In this document: positions 1-8,759 of the stretch, in pieces
Position numbering within the stretch: position 1 is the first letter of the stretch
Layout: the number at the start of each line of letters is the position of its first letter
NCBI GenBank assembly: GCA_964626665.1
Contig: CAZVGK010000002.1
Location: 32,001-96,000 of the forward strand
Length of the DNA: 64,000 nucleotides
DNA from: an uncultured Gemmatimonadota bacterium
GTDB lineage: Bacteria; SM23-81; DAOVCL01
Direction of reading: 5' to 3'
Position numbers and translations under genes: made by a program
The notes under the pieces: model-generated
Database searches by the model: none
Seen by the model: only the letters and a program-made list of their open reading frames with translations
What the model was told of the DNA's origin: nothing

Positions 1-179
1 CACGGAATCTCATGGAGAGGACCATCATCAATGGTCAATTGACAATTAGCGAGTTAAAATGAAATGAGGACTGAGAATCCTGAGGTGTCATTTTCCATTG
101 ATAATTGATCATTGTTGATTGGTCATTTCTTATCTGTCCGTGGTCATTAGTGGTGAACCATAACAGTTCGAGGTAGGTA

Positions 180-548
180 ATGGAGGAATTCCAGGATCAG
201 TTTGAGTTTAACCTGCCCAGGGGATACAAGGACAGCAAGGGGAAGATCCATCGGAAGGGAATAATGAGGTTGGCCACTGCTGCCGATGAGATCCAACCCT
301 TGCGCGATCCCCGGGTAAAGGCAAACGAGGCCTACCTGGTTGTTGTCCTTCTGGCCAGGGTAATCACGAAGTTAGGCGATCTTCCTGATGTGGATACTGG
401 GGTGGTTGAGGGCCTCTATTCGGCCGACCTGGCCTTTCTGCAGGACTTCTATCGGAGGATAAACGAGGACGGCACAACGAAGATAACCGCCAAATGTCCC
501 CACTGCGAGCAGGAGTTCGAGCTAGATTTGAGCCACCTGGGGGGGTAG
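180..548 (+). CDS. eCIS tail assembly chaperone-like protein
   Basis: FEFNLPRGY...G.MRLATAADEI.PLRDPRV..NEAYL...DLAFLQDFYRRIN and a C-terminal CPHC match the conserved small protein of actinobacterial/Chloroflexi-type CIS loci; RBS GAGGTAGG upstream. Confidence 0.85.
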   Translation: MEEFQDQFEFNLPRGYKDSKGKIHRKGIMRLATAADEIQPLRDPRVKANEAYLVVVLLARVITKLGDLPDVDTGVVEGLYSADLAFLQDFYRRINEDGTTKITAKCPHCEQEFELDLSHLGG

Positions 549-703
549 TTGGCTACCCCCTCTCTAACCTATACGAGGAGGTAGCTTACATCGCCTATCA
601 CTTCCATTGGCCCCTGTCGGATATCCTGCGACTTTCCCATGCGGATAGGCGCAACTGGGCAGAGCAGATCAGCAAGATCAATCAGAGGTTAAGGGAAGCG
701 TAG
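542..703 (+). CDS. DUF6760-family eCIS protein, probably translated as a -1 frameshift extension of 180..548
   Basis: YP...LYEEVAYIAYHFHW....I..L.H..R..W..QIS.IN motif; no in-frame ATG/GTG/TTG immediately before the motif; frame is -1 relative to the upstream ORF. Confidence 0.8.
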   Translation, partial: GVVGYPLSNLYEEVAYIAYHFHWPLSDILRLSHADRRNWAEQISKINQRLREA

Positions 704-836
704 AGACGTATGGCCATACGCCGTAGGCAGGGTATCAGCGAATCAGAATATCAGGAATAGGGGTTAGATATCAACCTTCAGTCCTCAAGAGTTAAGGGCT
801 GACCGCTGAGAGCCAAACACTACGAGGTGGGTAATT

Positions 837-1121
837 ATGATGGGGCTAAATGCGGCCCAATGGGCCCAATCCGTGGTTGGGTCTTATCAATCGACCAGGG
901 GATACTTTAACTTTGGTACTCTGCAACGGCAGGTGGAGGTTGAGAGGGGAGGGACAGAGCCCTTGGAGGCTGAGGCTATGGCTGTGGAAAGGGTATTTAG
1001 GGAAGAGGAGGAGGGTAAGTCCCCAGGCACAGATATAGGCGCATTGACCGAAAGGGTCTATCAGTTCCTGAGAAGGGAGATCAGGTTGGACAATGAACGC
1101 AGAGGAGGCGATCGCTATTGA
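837..1121 (+). CDS. small eCIS-associated hypothetical protein
   Basis: RBS GAGGTGG; stop overlaps the tube gene start; C-terminal motif DIGALTERVYQFLRREIRLDNERRG. Confidence 0.7.
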   Translation: MMGLNAAQWAQSVVGSYQSTRGYFNFGTLQRQVEVERGGTEPLEAEAMAVERVFREEEEGKSPGTDIGALTERVYQFLRREIRLDNERRGGDRY

Positions 1122-1564
1122 AAGGAACTGCCACTGGCAAGAGGCCACAGTATTTTGCTACTCACCGCTTCTCGGTGGAGATAGAAGGCTTAGTGGAGGC
1201 CATCTTTACTGAGGTCACTGGGTTAGAGGGGGAGATGGAGGAGTTTACCTACCTGGAAGGAGGAGCCAACGATATGGTCCATCACCTTCCGGTGAGGGTG
1301 AAGTATCCTCATCTCATCCTTAAACGAGGGATGACGGAGTCCGGTGGCCTCTGGGAATGGCACAAGAAAGCCCAGACCGGCAAGATAGAAAGGAAGAATA
1401 TCTCAGTCTTTCTCTATGGGCCCGCTGGGGAGAGGGTTCATCAATGGAATTTCTTTCGCGCCTTTCCGGTGAAGTGGACTGGGCCCAACCTTAAAGCTGA
1501 TGGCAACGCTGTGGCCATTGAATCGCTGGAGATAGCCCACGAGGGGATGGAGATAATTAAATGA
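1118..1564 (+). CDS. T4 gp19-like tail tube protein (Afp1/5-like)
   Basis: RFSVEIEG..F.EVTGL...EGG.N...LP...KY..L.LKRG...W.F..AFPVKW.GP.L.A....VAIESLEIAHEG; TTG start after GGAGG. Confidence 0.95.
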   Translation: MKGTATGKRPQYFATHRFSVEIEGLVEAIFTEVTGLEGEMEEFTYLEGGANDMVHHLPVRVKYPHLILKRGMTESGGLWEWHKKAQTGKIERKNISVFLYGPAGERVHQWNFFRAFPVKWTGPNLKADGNAVAIESLEIAHEGMEIIK

Positions 1565-3933
1565 GAACACCTAAGTTTTTTCGTAGATTTCGGTCCTCTC
1601 CTAAGGAAGTTTCAAAATCTCAGGGTAGCAAAAAGCCTAACCCCAGGTTAACTCAACCCTTTAAAGCTCCTAAACCTCTATCCGAGATGTTGCTCATTCA
1701 GCGGTGGAGGGGTTATAATAAGGGGGATTTATTGACCATCCTTCGTCATTGGCCTCTGCGTCAAGCCCCATCCCACACCATCCAGCGACAACCGCTATTC
1801 TCCCCCCTCTTCTGGAGGTCATTTGTTCCCCTTCGAAGGTTTCTCCTTTCCCGTTACCCAGGGAGGTTGGGGGAAGGGGACTATGCTGCCCTTTCCCTTT
1901 CCTTTGCGGCACCCACCTCGCCCCTTTTGGATATGGTCTGGGAGGAGGGGCTAGAGGTGACGCCCACCACCTACAAGGAGTATTCCTTTCCCCCTTCCTC
2001 AAAAGCTGAAACGCCCTTGCAGGGGAGAGGACCTGTTTCCTCTTCTCCTGCCCCAGGCCGTAGAGGAGTGAAGCTACCTTTGACCAAGCGGATACCTTTA
2101 CTTCTCCACCGCCTAGTAAAGGGGAAGATTTCCCCTCAGCCCGCTGGGGATCAGCCATTGGGCAAAAAGGAAGGAATTCTCCAGGAGGGGAGGGTTTCCT
2201 CCTCCACTGAGACCAAAAGGGGGATTTCCCCCAGGCTGCAGGCAAAGCTCTCCCCCAGAGGGCTAATGGGTCTGAAAAGGATTCGACGCAGGGTGAAGGG
2301 CCCATCTGAGCTTGACAAAGATAAGGGATTCTCTCAGACCCAACAGATGCCAACTGTTAGCACTCCTACAATCTTCCCTGCCGGAGTAGAAAGTGGAGAG
2401 CAAAAAGTTGGGAGGCAATCTCAGATCCCCCGCCAAGGGACATCTAAAGCTCCAAGCCAAGGGGAGATGGTTATTTCCAGGCCCCGTCCATCCGGGCGGG
2501 AACCGCCTGAAACCCCCAGGGAAGGGCCAATCTCCCCGGCAAGGTCTCCCTCATCTCCTGAGTCCATTGTGTCCCAGGAGGAATTTCAGGAGAAATCCCC
2601 GAAACCCTTCCTGGAAGGCTATTTATCTACCTCTGTCTTCAGAACCTCCCTTTGGGCTAAAAGGATCTTGGCAAGGTTTTACCCTAAATCCCATTTGGTG
2701 AGAAGAACGAAAGCAAAACCTGTGCCGAGGAAGGAGGGGGGAGTTGTCCATCACCCCGCACGGGTGGAATCTCCTAAAGGGGATAGGGAGGAGATGATCA
2801 GAGGGCGGGAAGTTCCCTTTTCACCGCCCTCGGGCGAGGAACCAACAAGGGTTGAGAAGCAGATGCTGGAGGTGATTGAGCCTTCAGCCAAAGGGGAAGG
2901 GGTTCCACCCAGGTTTGAGGGGAGGGAGGAGGCAGTTGCCCCTGGCCGGGTGAGCGTTCCACCGCCAATTGTGCCTAAAAGGCCATCCTTAGTGGCCAGA
3001 GTCTTAGTGCGGCTACATCCGAGGTACCGAAAGGCAAGGGAAAGTTCAATTAAGGGAAAGCCGATTGAAGCCTATCAAGCTCCCAAGTCTGTGGAGTTAG
3101 GGGAGGAGATCCACCATATCGGGGATGAGCTTGTGTGGCCTGAGCCAACCAGGCCCCCTCTTGGGGGGGAAATTCTGAGCAGGGTTCAGCGGAAAAGGGA
3201 GATCAGCCAAAAGGCGGAACTGGATAAGCTATCAGCCACTTTTGAACCATCTTTACTTGGTGAATCCCAATCCTCCGCGCGCCTTACGGAAGGTGTTTCT
3301 CCTCTCCCACCGGTGGAGGGACCTGTTTTCCAGGCCACCCAAGCGGCCTTCAAGGCCTTGGCCCAGGGGCCTGGTATCCCCCTTGATATGGGAGTCAAAC
3401 AGAAGTTTGAATCCTTTTTTGGGATGGGGCTGGAGGAGGTGAGGGTCCACAGTGGTGCGGCAGCAGCCGAGGTCACGGGAGGGCTGGGCGCGGCAGCCGT
3501 GACTATGGGCAGCCACATCTTTCTCTCTCCCGCCATCTCCCAAGCTTATACTCGGGAAAATATTGGACTTTTGGCCCACGAGCTCACCCATGTGGTTCAG
3601 GGGAAATCGATTAAAGCTCTGGGGAGTCCGGTTTCTGGCAAGTCAAAGGGTGGACAACCCCCAAGGTATTCTTCAGAAGCCGAGGCGTTATTTTACCCAA
3701 TGTCAGCGAAGGTCGAAGCTCAAAAGGGAAAAATCCCTCCCTTGATGGCCGCTTCCCTCCAGCGGGCTACTCCTGCTCCCTCTACGTCTGCTGTAACGGC
3801 CCAAATAGCCGGAGTCTCTTCCTCCATACCTGAAGAGGAGGGGCCAAAAGAGAACTTTGAGGAAATGGCCCTTTTGGTGTATGAGAGGATCAAAAGGAGA
3901 TTAGAGAATGAGGGGGAAAGGCTGCCTGGTTAG
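1561..3933 (+). CDS. DUF4157 (eCIS core domain) protein with long Pro/Arg/Ser-rich N-terminus
   Basis: C-terminal G.PLD...KFE.FFG..L.EVRVH...A.T.G.HIF...LLAHELTHVVQ (HExxH); translationally coupled to the tube gene. Confidence 0.85.
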   Translation: MRTPKFFRRFRSSPKEVSKSQGSKKPNPRLTQPFKAPKPLSEMLLIQRWRGYNKGDLLTILRHWPLRQAPSHTIQRQPLFSPLFWRSFVPLRRFLLSRYPGRLGEGDYAALSLSFAAPTSPLLDMVWEEGLEVTPTTYKEYSFPPSSKAETPLQGRGPVSSSPAPGRRGVKLPLTKRIPLLLHRLVKGKISPQPAGDQPLGKKEGILQEGRVSSSTETKRGISPRLQAKLSPRGLMGLKRIRRRVKGPSELDKDKGFSQTQQMPTVSTPTIFPAGVESGEQKVGRQSQIPRQGTSKAPSQGEMVISRPRPSGREPPETPREGPISPARSPSSPESIVSQEEFQEKSPKPFLEGYLSTSVFRTSLWAKRILARFYPKSHLVRRTKAKPVPRKEGGVVHHPARVESPKGDREEMIRGREVPFSPPSGEEPTRVEKQMLEVIEPSAKGEGVPPRFEGREEAVAPGRVSVPPPIVPKRPSLVARVLVRLHPRYRKARESSIKGKPIEAYQAPKSVELGEEIHHIGDELVWPEPTRPPLGGEILSRVQRKREISQKAELDKLSATFEPSLLGESQSSARLTEGVSPLPPVEGPVFQATQAAFKALAQGPGIPLDMGVKQKFESFFGMGLEEVRVHSGAAAAEVTGGLGAAAVTMGSHIFLSPAISQAYTRENIGLLAHELTHVVQGKSIKALGSPVSGKSKGGQPPRYSSEAEALFYPMSAKVEAQKGKIPPLMAASLQRATPAPSTSAVTAQIAGVSSSIPEEEGPKENFEEMALLVYERIKRRLENEGERLPG

Positions 3934-4127
3934 AAAATTAGCAATTAGCAATTAGCAATGTAAAACCCCTCCCAGCGAGCCGTCAGATGCCCTCATCTGA
4001 CGGCAAAGGGCGGGGAGTGGCAGAATCGGGGTTCTGCCACCTCGGTGGCGAAAATGAGCAATGAGCAATGAGCAATGCAAAATGTCCAATAGGTTTGAGT
4101 TGACAAGGTATTTCCTAAGGGGGGAGG

Positions 4128-4790
4128 ATGGCTGAATCCACATCATTAGTTAAAGGCTCCTTGGAGATGACCGAAGGGGAGAAGCTAGAGCTTGAGTTTC
4201 TCTTTAACCCCACAAAGTATTCGATTACCAAAACGAATACCTGGAAACCGAGGGAAAATGTGGGGGCGGATGTCTCTCCTTTAGAGTTTGGCGGAGGTCA
4301 ACCCAAATCCCTCACCCTCCAGCTCTTCTTCGATACCTATGAGGAGGGGAAGAATGTGCGGGATTACACGGGAATCTTAGAGAAGATGATGCAGATTGAT
4401 GAATCTCTGCGTCAAGGGAAATCAGATCGAGGTCGGCCTCCCTACTGCCGGCTCTGTTGGGGCAAAATGTTTAGCTTTATTTGCGTTATTCAAAGGTTAA
4501 AGGTAGATTACACCCTTTTTCTCCCGGATGGGACCCCTGTGCGGGCCACCGCAGATCTAACCCTAAAGCAAACCGTTGATGAAAACGAGCAGCCTCCGCA
4601 GAATCCCACCTCAGGGGGATTGCCCGGGAACCGGGTCTGGGTGGTGAAGCCCAGGGAGACCCTGGACTGGATCGCCCACAAGACCCTGGGGAATTCCTTT
4701 CGTTGGCGGGTTATCGCCCAGACCAACAACCTGTTGGACCCCTTGGCCTTGACCCTTGGGCAGAAGTTGACCATCCCGCCGAGGGAATGA
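4128..4790 (+). CDS. CIS tube initiator with C-terminal LysM (Afp7-like)
   Basis: FLFNP..YSI.K.N.W...F.GG.P..L.L.LFFD, PP.C...WG, YTLF.PDGTPVRA, LysM-like tail. Confidence 0.92.
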   Translation: MAESTSLVKGSLEMTEGEKLELEFLFNPTKYSITKTNTWKPRENVGADVSPLEFGGGQPKSLTLQLFFDTYEEGKNVRDYTGILEKMMQIDESLRQGKSDRGRPPYCRLCWGKMFSFICVIQRLKVDYTLFLPDGTPVRATADLTLKQTVDENEQPPQNPTSGGLPGNRVWVVKPRETLDWIAHKTLGNSFRWRVIAQTNNLLDPLALTLGQKLTIPPRE

Positions 4791-4869
4791 TTGCGAGCTT
4801 TCAGCGGTCAGCACTCAGCTATCAGCCTTAAGTCCCTGCTCCTTGTGGATGTTACCATTCACCTCTGCT

Positions 4870-4895
4870 CCTTGTGGATGTTATCATCCACAAGG
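4870..4895. repeat. REP-like palindrome (TGTGGATG-N4-CATCCACA family)
   Basis: CCTTGTGGATG-TTAT-CATCCACAAGG; other copies at 5224-5249, 52855-52880, 62792-62825 and a partial one at 4841. Confidence 0.85.
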
Positions 4896-4927
4896 TGATA
4901 ACGGTAGGAGTAGGAATAAGGTTTAGG

Positions 4928-5218
4928 ATGGGCATCTTTGGCAAAAGATTTCAGGACTTAGGGTTGTTGTTTATCACGAATACCGTCTTGAATTGGTCTC
5001 GTATCTTTCACCTCAGGAGATACGCTGAGATTGTGATGGGAAGTCTTCGGTATTGTATTGAACATCAGTGGTTTAAACTGTTCGTTTATGTTCTAATGCC
5101 CAATCATATCCACCTGATTCTGAAGGTAAAGGATTATGAATACTCAAGTGCCAGGTTCTATCTTAAAGACATTGAGGATAAATACTTAAAACTCAGTGAT
5201 TTTTGTGAGTTGTTATAG
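4928..5218 (+). pseudogene. internally deleted REP-associated tyrosine (Y1/RAYT) transposase
   Basis: FIT..V..W..IF and YVLMPNHIHL (HUH) joined directly to the terminal DYEYSSARFY; the catalytic-Tyr segment is missing; flanked by oppositely oriented REP palindromes. Confidence 0.8.
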
Positions 5219-5259
5219 ATGGGCGCTGTGGATGATAACATCCACAGCGAGCGGGAAGT

Positions 5260-5400
5260 TCAGCAAGTGAACTGGAATACCATCTATTGCTTGCCCACGA
5301 TCTGGGATTCATGAAGGATTCAGATTACCATCAGCCAAACAGTGAAACGACCGAGGTGAAAAAGGTGCTCACTTCGCTTATCCGTAAGTTGAAAGCGTAG
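5260..5400 (+). pseudogene. 3' remnant of a four-helix-bundle (23S rRNA IVP/bAvd-like) gene
   Basis: manual translation SASELEYHLLLAHDLGFMKDSDYHQPNSETTEVKKVLTSLIRKLKA*, homologous to the C-terminal half of 11436..11795; not in the ORF track. Confidence 0.8.
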
Positions 5401-5416
5401 ATTAGGATAAAAAGCC

Positions 5417-7060
5417 ATGCCAACTGATCGCCATATTGAACATTTCTACCTTAAACTGGACGGGCATAACGCCCCTGCCGAGGTGATGAACGCCATCATT
5501 GAGGTAGAAGTGGATCATAAAGTTAACCTGCCAACAATGTTTTCCATTGTCCTCCAGAATCCCGGGGGACGCTGGACTGATGATGCTCGTTTCCAGGAGG
5601 GTAAAATGGTGGAGATTTCCGCCCAGGGGGAGGATGGTCCAGTCCTTCTCAGCAAGGGGAAAATCACTGTAATTGAACCTGAACTCGTTGGCGGACATCA
5701 GGATCTCACCCTTCGGGGATATGATCTCTCCTACGGTCTCTACCGGAATAAGCATCGTCGCTCCTACATTCAAATGACCGATAGTGATATTGTGAGGAAG
5801 ATTGCTCAAGATGTCGGTCTGCAAGCAGAGGTAGAGAGCACCAGCCAAGTCCATGAATATGTCTTTCAGAACAATCAGACCTATATAGAATTTCTGCGGG
5901 AACGGAGTAAGGCAATCGGTTTTGAGCTGTTTGTGGAGGGTGATAAACTTACCTTCAGATCACCGCCATCCAGTTCAGATGGTTTATCCATATCCTTAAA
6001 GTGGGGGGAGGATTTCACCGAATTCCGCCCTAAGCTCTCCGTGGCCGAACAGGTGGATGAGGTAACCGTAAAGGGATGGGATCCCAAACAAAAAAAGGAG
6101 ATTATCGGACGGGCCACCAAGGGAGAGGGTGCCCCTGCAGTTGGTGAAAAACGCTCCGGCGGATCTGTGGCTAAGGAGGTTTGGGGCAAAGCATCTGTGC
6201 AGGTTTCCGACCGCCCGGTGGCCAATCAGGCCCAGGCGGATAAGATGGCCCAAGCCATCCTCAACGAAAAAGAGAGCAAGTTCATTACCGCCCAGGGAAA
6301 TTGTCGGGGAAATCCCCAGATCAAGGTGGGGAAAACCCTGGGAATATCAGGTGTAGGTAACCGTTTTTCTGGAAGGTATTATGTTACCTCCTGCAATCAT
6401 CGTTTGACCAAAGATAAAGGTTATATTGCCACCTTCTCTTTGAGCACCAGGTCACCAAAATCCATCTTGGAAACGATCCGAGGATCCTCTCAGGAGCGGA
6501 GGAATTATGGGGTTTTCATTGGGATTGTGACCAACAATCGGGACCCTAAGGGAATGGGTCGGGTAAAGGTAAAGTTCCCCTGGCTTGAGGATGGGGAGGA
6601 GAGTAATTGGGCCCGTATTGCCAGCCCAGCGGCAGGGAATGGTCGGGGAACCTATTGGATTCCAGAGGTTAACGATGAGGTTTTGGTGGGCTTTGAACAC
6701 GGTAGCATCAACCGTCCCTATGTCTTGGGTGGTCTCTGGAATGGGCAAGACAAGCCGCCACTCGATATTAATGAGGTGGTCTCCGGTGATGGCCATGTGC
6801 AGAAGTTTGTCTGGAAGAGCCGCAGCGGTCATACAATTATCATTGACGACTCTGATTCCGGTGCCGGCATTTCCATTTGCGACAAGACGGGAAAGAATAT
6901 GTTAGTTATCGATTCAATGAAGAATGCTCTGAAGGTCAGTGCCTCTGGTGACATCACCATTGAGGCTCAGGGAAAAGTAACCATTAAGGGAACGGCTGGA
7001 GTCGATATACAGTCACCAGGTCAGGTGAATGTAAAGGGTACAACGGTAAATATCAACTAA
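5417..7060 (+). CDS. vgrG: VgrG-like spike (hub plus gp5 OB fold; Afp8-like)
   Basis: YVFQNNQT..EFL..R hub; GIVTNN.DP..MGRVKVKFPWL...SNWARIA...IPEVNDEVLVGFEHG....PYVLGGLWN. Confidence 0.93.
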   Translation: MPTDRHIEHFYLKLDGHNAPAEVMNAIIEVEVDHKVNLPTMFSIVLQNPGGRWTDDARFQEGKMVEISAQGEDGPVLLSKGKITVIEPELVGGHQDLTLRGYDLSYGLYRNKHRRSYIQMTDSDIVRKIAQDVGLQAEVESTSQVHEYVFQNNQTYIEFLRERSKAIGFELFVEGDKLTFRSPPSSSDGLSISLKWGEDFTEFRPKLSVAEQVDEVTVKGWDPKQKKEIIGRATKGEGAPAVGEKRSGGSVAKEVWGKASVQVSDRPVANQAQADKMAQAILNEKESKFITAQGNCRGNPQIKVGKTLGISGVGNRFSGRYYVTSCNHRLTKDKGYIATFSLSTRSPKSILETIRGSSQERRNYGVFIGIVTNNRDPKGMGRVKVKFPWLEDGEESNWARIASPAAGNGRGTYWIPEVNDEVLVGFEHGSINRPYVLGGLWNGQDKPPLDINEVVSGDGHVQKFVWKSRSGHTIIIDDSDSGAGISICDKTGKNMLVIDSMKNALKVSASGDITIEAQGKVTIKGTAGVDIQSPGQVNVKGTTVNIN

Positions 7061-7159
7061 ACGGCGGTTCACAGGAGTCAGTAGTCAGCTATCGGCAATC
7101 AGGAAGCAGTTCACAGGGATCAGGAAACAGTTTACAGCTATCAGCCCCAAATACGCATA

Positions 7160-7320
7160 AACCACAGATGAGCACGGATTTTCACGGATTATATAAGAAT
7201 CTTTAATAATGCAGTTTTGAGTGAAAGAGGGGTTTAAATTCAAGTTTTGTGAGTTCACTATTTTCAATATCTTGTGATAATCTCGTGAAATCTTGTGGTT
7301 TCTTGATGCATAATCGCGGT
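7160..7320. repeat. ~160-bp dispersed repeat, copy 1
   Basis: AACCACAGATG..CACGGATTTTCACGGATT...AATCTCGTGAAATCTTGTGGTT...GCATAATC; homologous to 7893-8128 and, inverted, to 50150-50297. Confidence 0.8.
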
Positions 7321-7416
7321 CAGCTTTCGGCGATCAGAGAAAATCCCTGGCAAGTGACAACTGACAACTGACAACCGGTAACCGATAACTGTCTATTGGC
7401 TGACTGCTAATAACTT

Positions 7417-7809
7417 ATGGGACAGCCAGCAGCAAAACAGGGCGATAAGATAATGGCCACCGATACCCATATCATTATGGTTCCCTCGCCAGGTGGCCCA
7501 GTGCCTACCCCCCTTCCCCATCCCTTTAATGGGGTGATCGATGGCAATCTATCTCAGAATGTGAAGATTATGGGGAGACCAGCGGCTACTGTGGGCTCTA
7601 CTGCCACCAACCTACCACCCCACATACCCCAGGGGGGCCCTTTCCAGAAGCCTCCTACAAACAGGGGACAGATCATCGTCGGTAGCCCCACAGTCTTCAT
7701 CAATGGAAAGATGGCTGCCCGCAATGGAGATAAGGCGATGACCTGCAATGATCCGGTGGATCTTCCGGTGGGGACGGTTATGGCCGTGGGAACGGTCTTC
7801 ATAGGTTAG
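7417..7809 (+). CDS. PAAR spike-tip protein (Afp10-like)
   Basis: PAAK, PAAT and MAAR motifs; GS.TVFING; CNDP. Confidence 0.93.
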   Translation: MGQPAAKQGDKIMATDTHIIMVPSPGGPVPTPLPHPFNGVIDGNLSQNVKIMGRPAATVGSTATNLPPHIPQGGPFQKPPTNRGQIIVGSPTVFINGKMAARNGDKAMTCNDPVDLPVGTVMAVGTVFIG

Positions 7810-8177
7810 TTGATATTTCAGAACTTCTAAAATCTCTATTTTGGACACGGATAGACGCAGATTGCCAAGATTTTAACCCAAAAATATGTAGGAACCACAG
7901 ATGAACCCTGTTAAATAAAAACCATCTTAAGAATACAATGATGCCTATTTCTAAATTATTTAACGGGGTGAACACGGATTTTCACAGATTATATAAGAAT
8001 CTTCAAGAATATAGGCTTTCATCTTTTAGATGAAAGAGGGGTATAAACTCAATTTTTGTTAGTTCTTTATTTTGAATATCTTGTGATAATCTTGTGAAAT
8101 CTCGTGGTTGGCTAACGCATAATCCGGGATTAAATATTATTTTCTGCGGTTATCGGCGAAAATCTGCGTCCTAATTA

Positions 8178-8355
8178 GACATTTCGCAATTTCTAAGAAA
8201 TTCCGAAATGACGGGGGTTGTTTGAAGGGGGTATGCCCCCTTCAAGGGTGACAGCGGAGCAATCCGAGCGAGTGCAGGATTGCGGAGCGCCATAGGGTCG
8301 GTGAGACCCTATGGAGAAGTTAGCGACCGTAGGGAGCTAAGTTCAAAGGGGGGTT
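8178..8355. repeat. ~175-bp multi-hairpin dispersed element, copy 1
   Basis: co-linear with 28026-28202 and 39417-39595; five successive stem-loops. Confidence 0.8.
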
Positions 8356-8356
8356 A

Positions 8357-8758
8357 ATGCCAGAAGGAGATTTCTTAGGCCAGGGATGGCACTTTCCTAT
8401 GACCGTTACCAAAACCGGAGGGATTGCCCTGGCCCGTCAGGAGGGTGATATCGAGGAGGCGATCAGGATTATCCTGGAAACGGACAGGGGGGAGCGACGG
8501 ATGAGGCCAGAGTTTGGTTGCATCCTCAGCGAACTTGTCTTTGCCCCAAACAACGCCACCACCTTTGGTCGGGTGGAGGAGGCTGTAAAGGAGGCCTTAG
8601 CCAGGTGGGAACCGCGCATTAGGGTAACAGAGATCAATGCACGGGCCGACCCCCAGGAGAGAAACATGCTTTTGATTGATATTGGCTATCAAATCAAGGC
8701 CTCGAATGATAGGAGAAATCTTGTTTACCCATTTTATCTGATTCCAAAGGAGATGTGA
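8357..8758 (+). CDS. GPW/gp25 baseplate protein (Afp9-like)
   Basis: FLG.GW.FP, IL.T..GER.MRPEFGC, WEPRI.V, NLVYPFY. Confidence 0.95.
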   Translation: MPEGDFLGQGWHFPMTVTKTGGIALARQEGDIEEAIRIILETDRGERRMRPEFGCILSELVFAPNNATTFGRVEEAVKEALARWEPRIRVTEINARADPQERNMLLIDIGYQIKASNDRRNLVYPFYLIPKEM

Positions 8759-8759
8759 T

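Noticed and set aside
494-541. ATG at 494 as the start of the DUF6760 ORF
   Set aside because: It lies 55 nt inside the upstream gene with no RBS, and the added residues do not resemble the family
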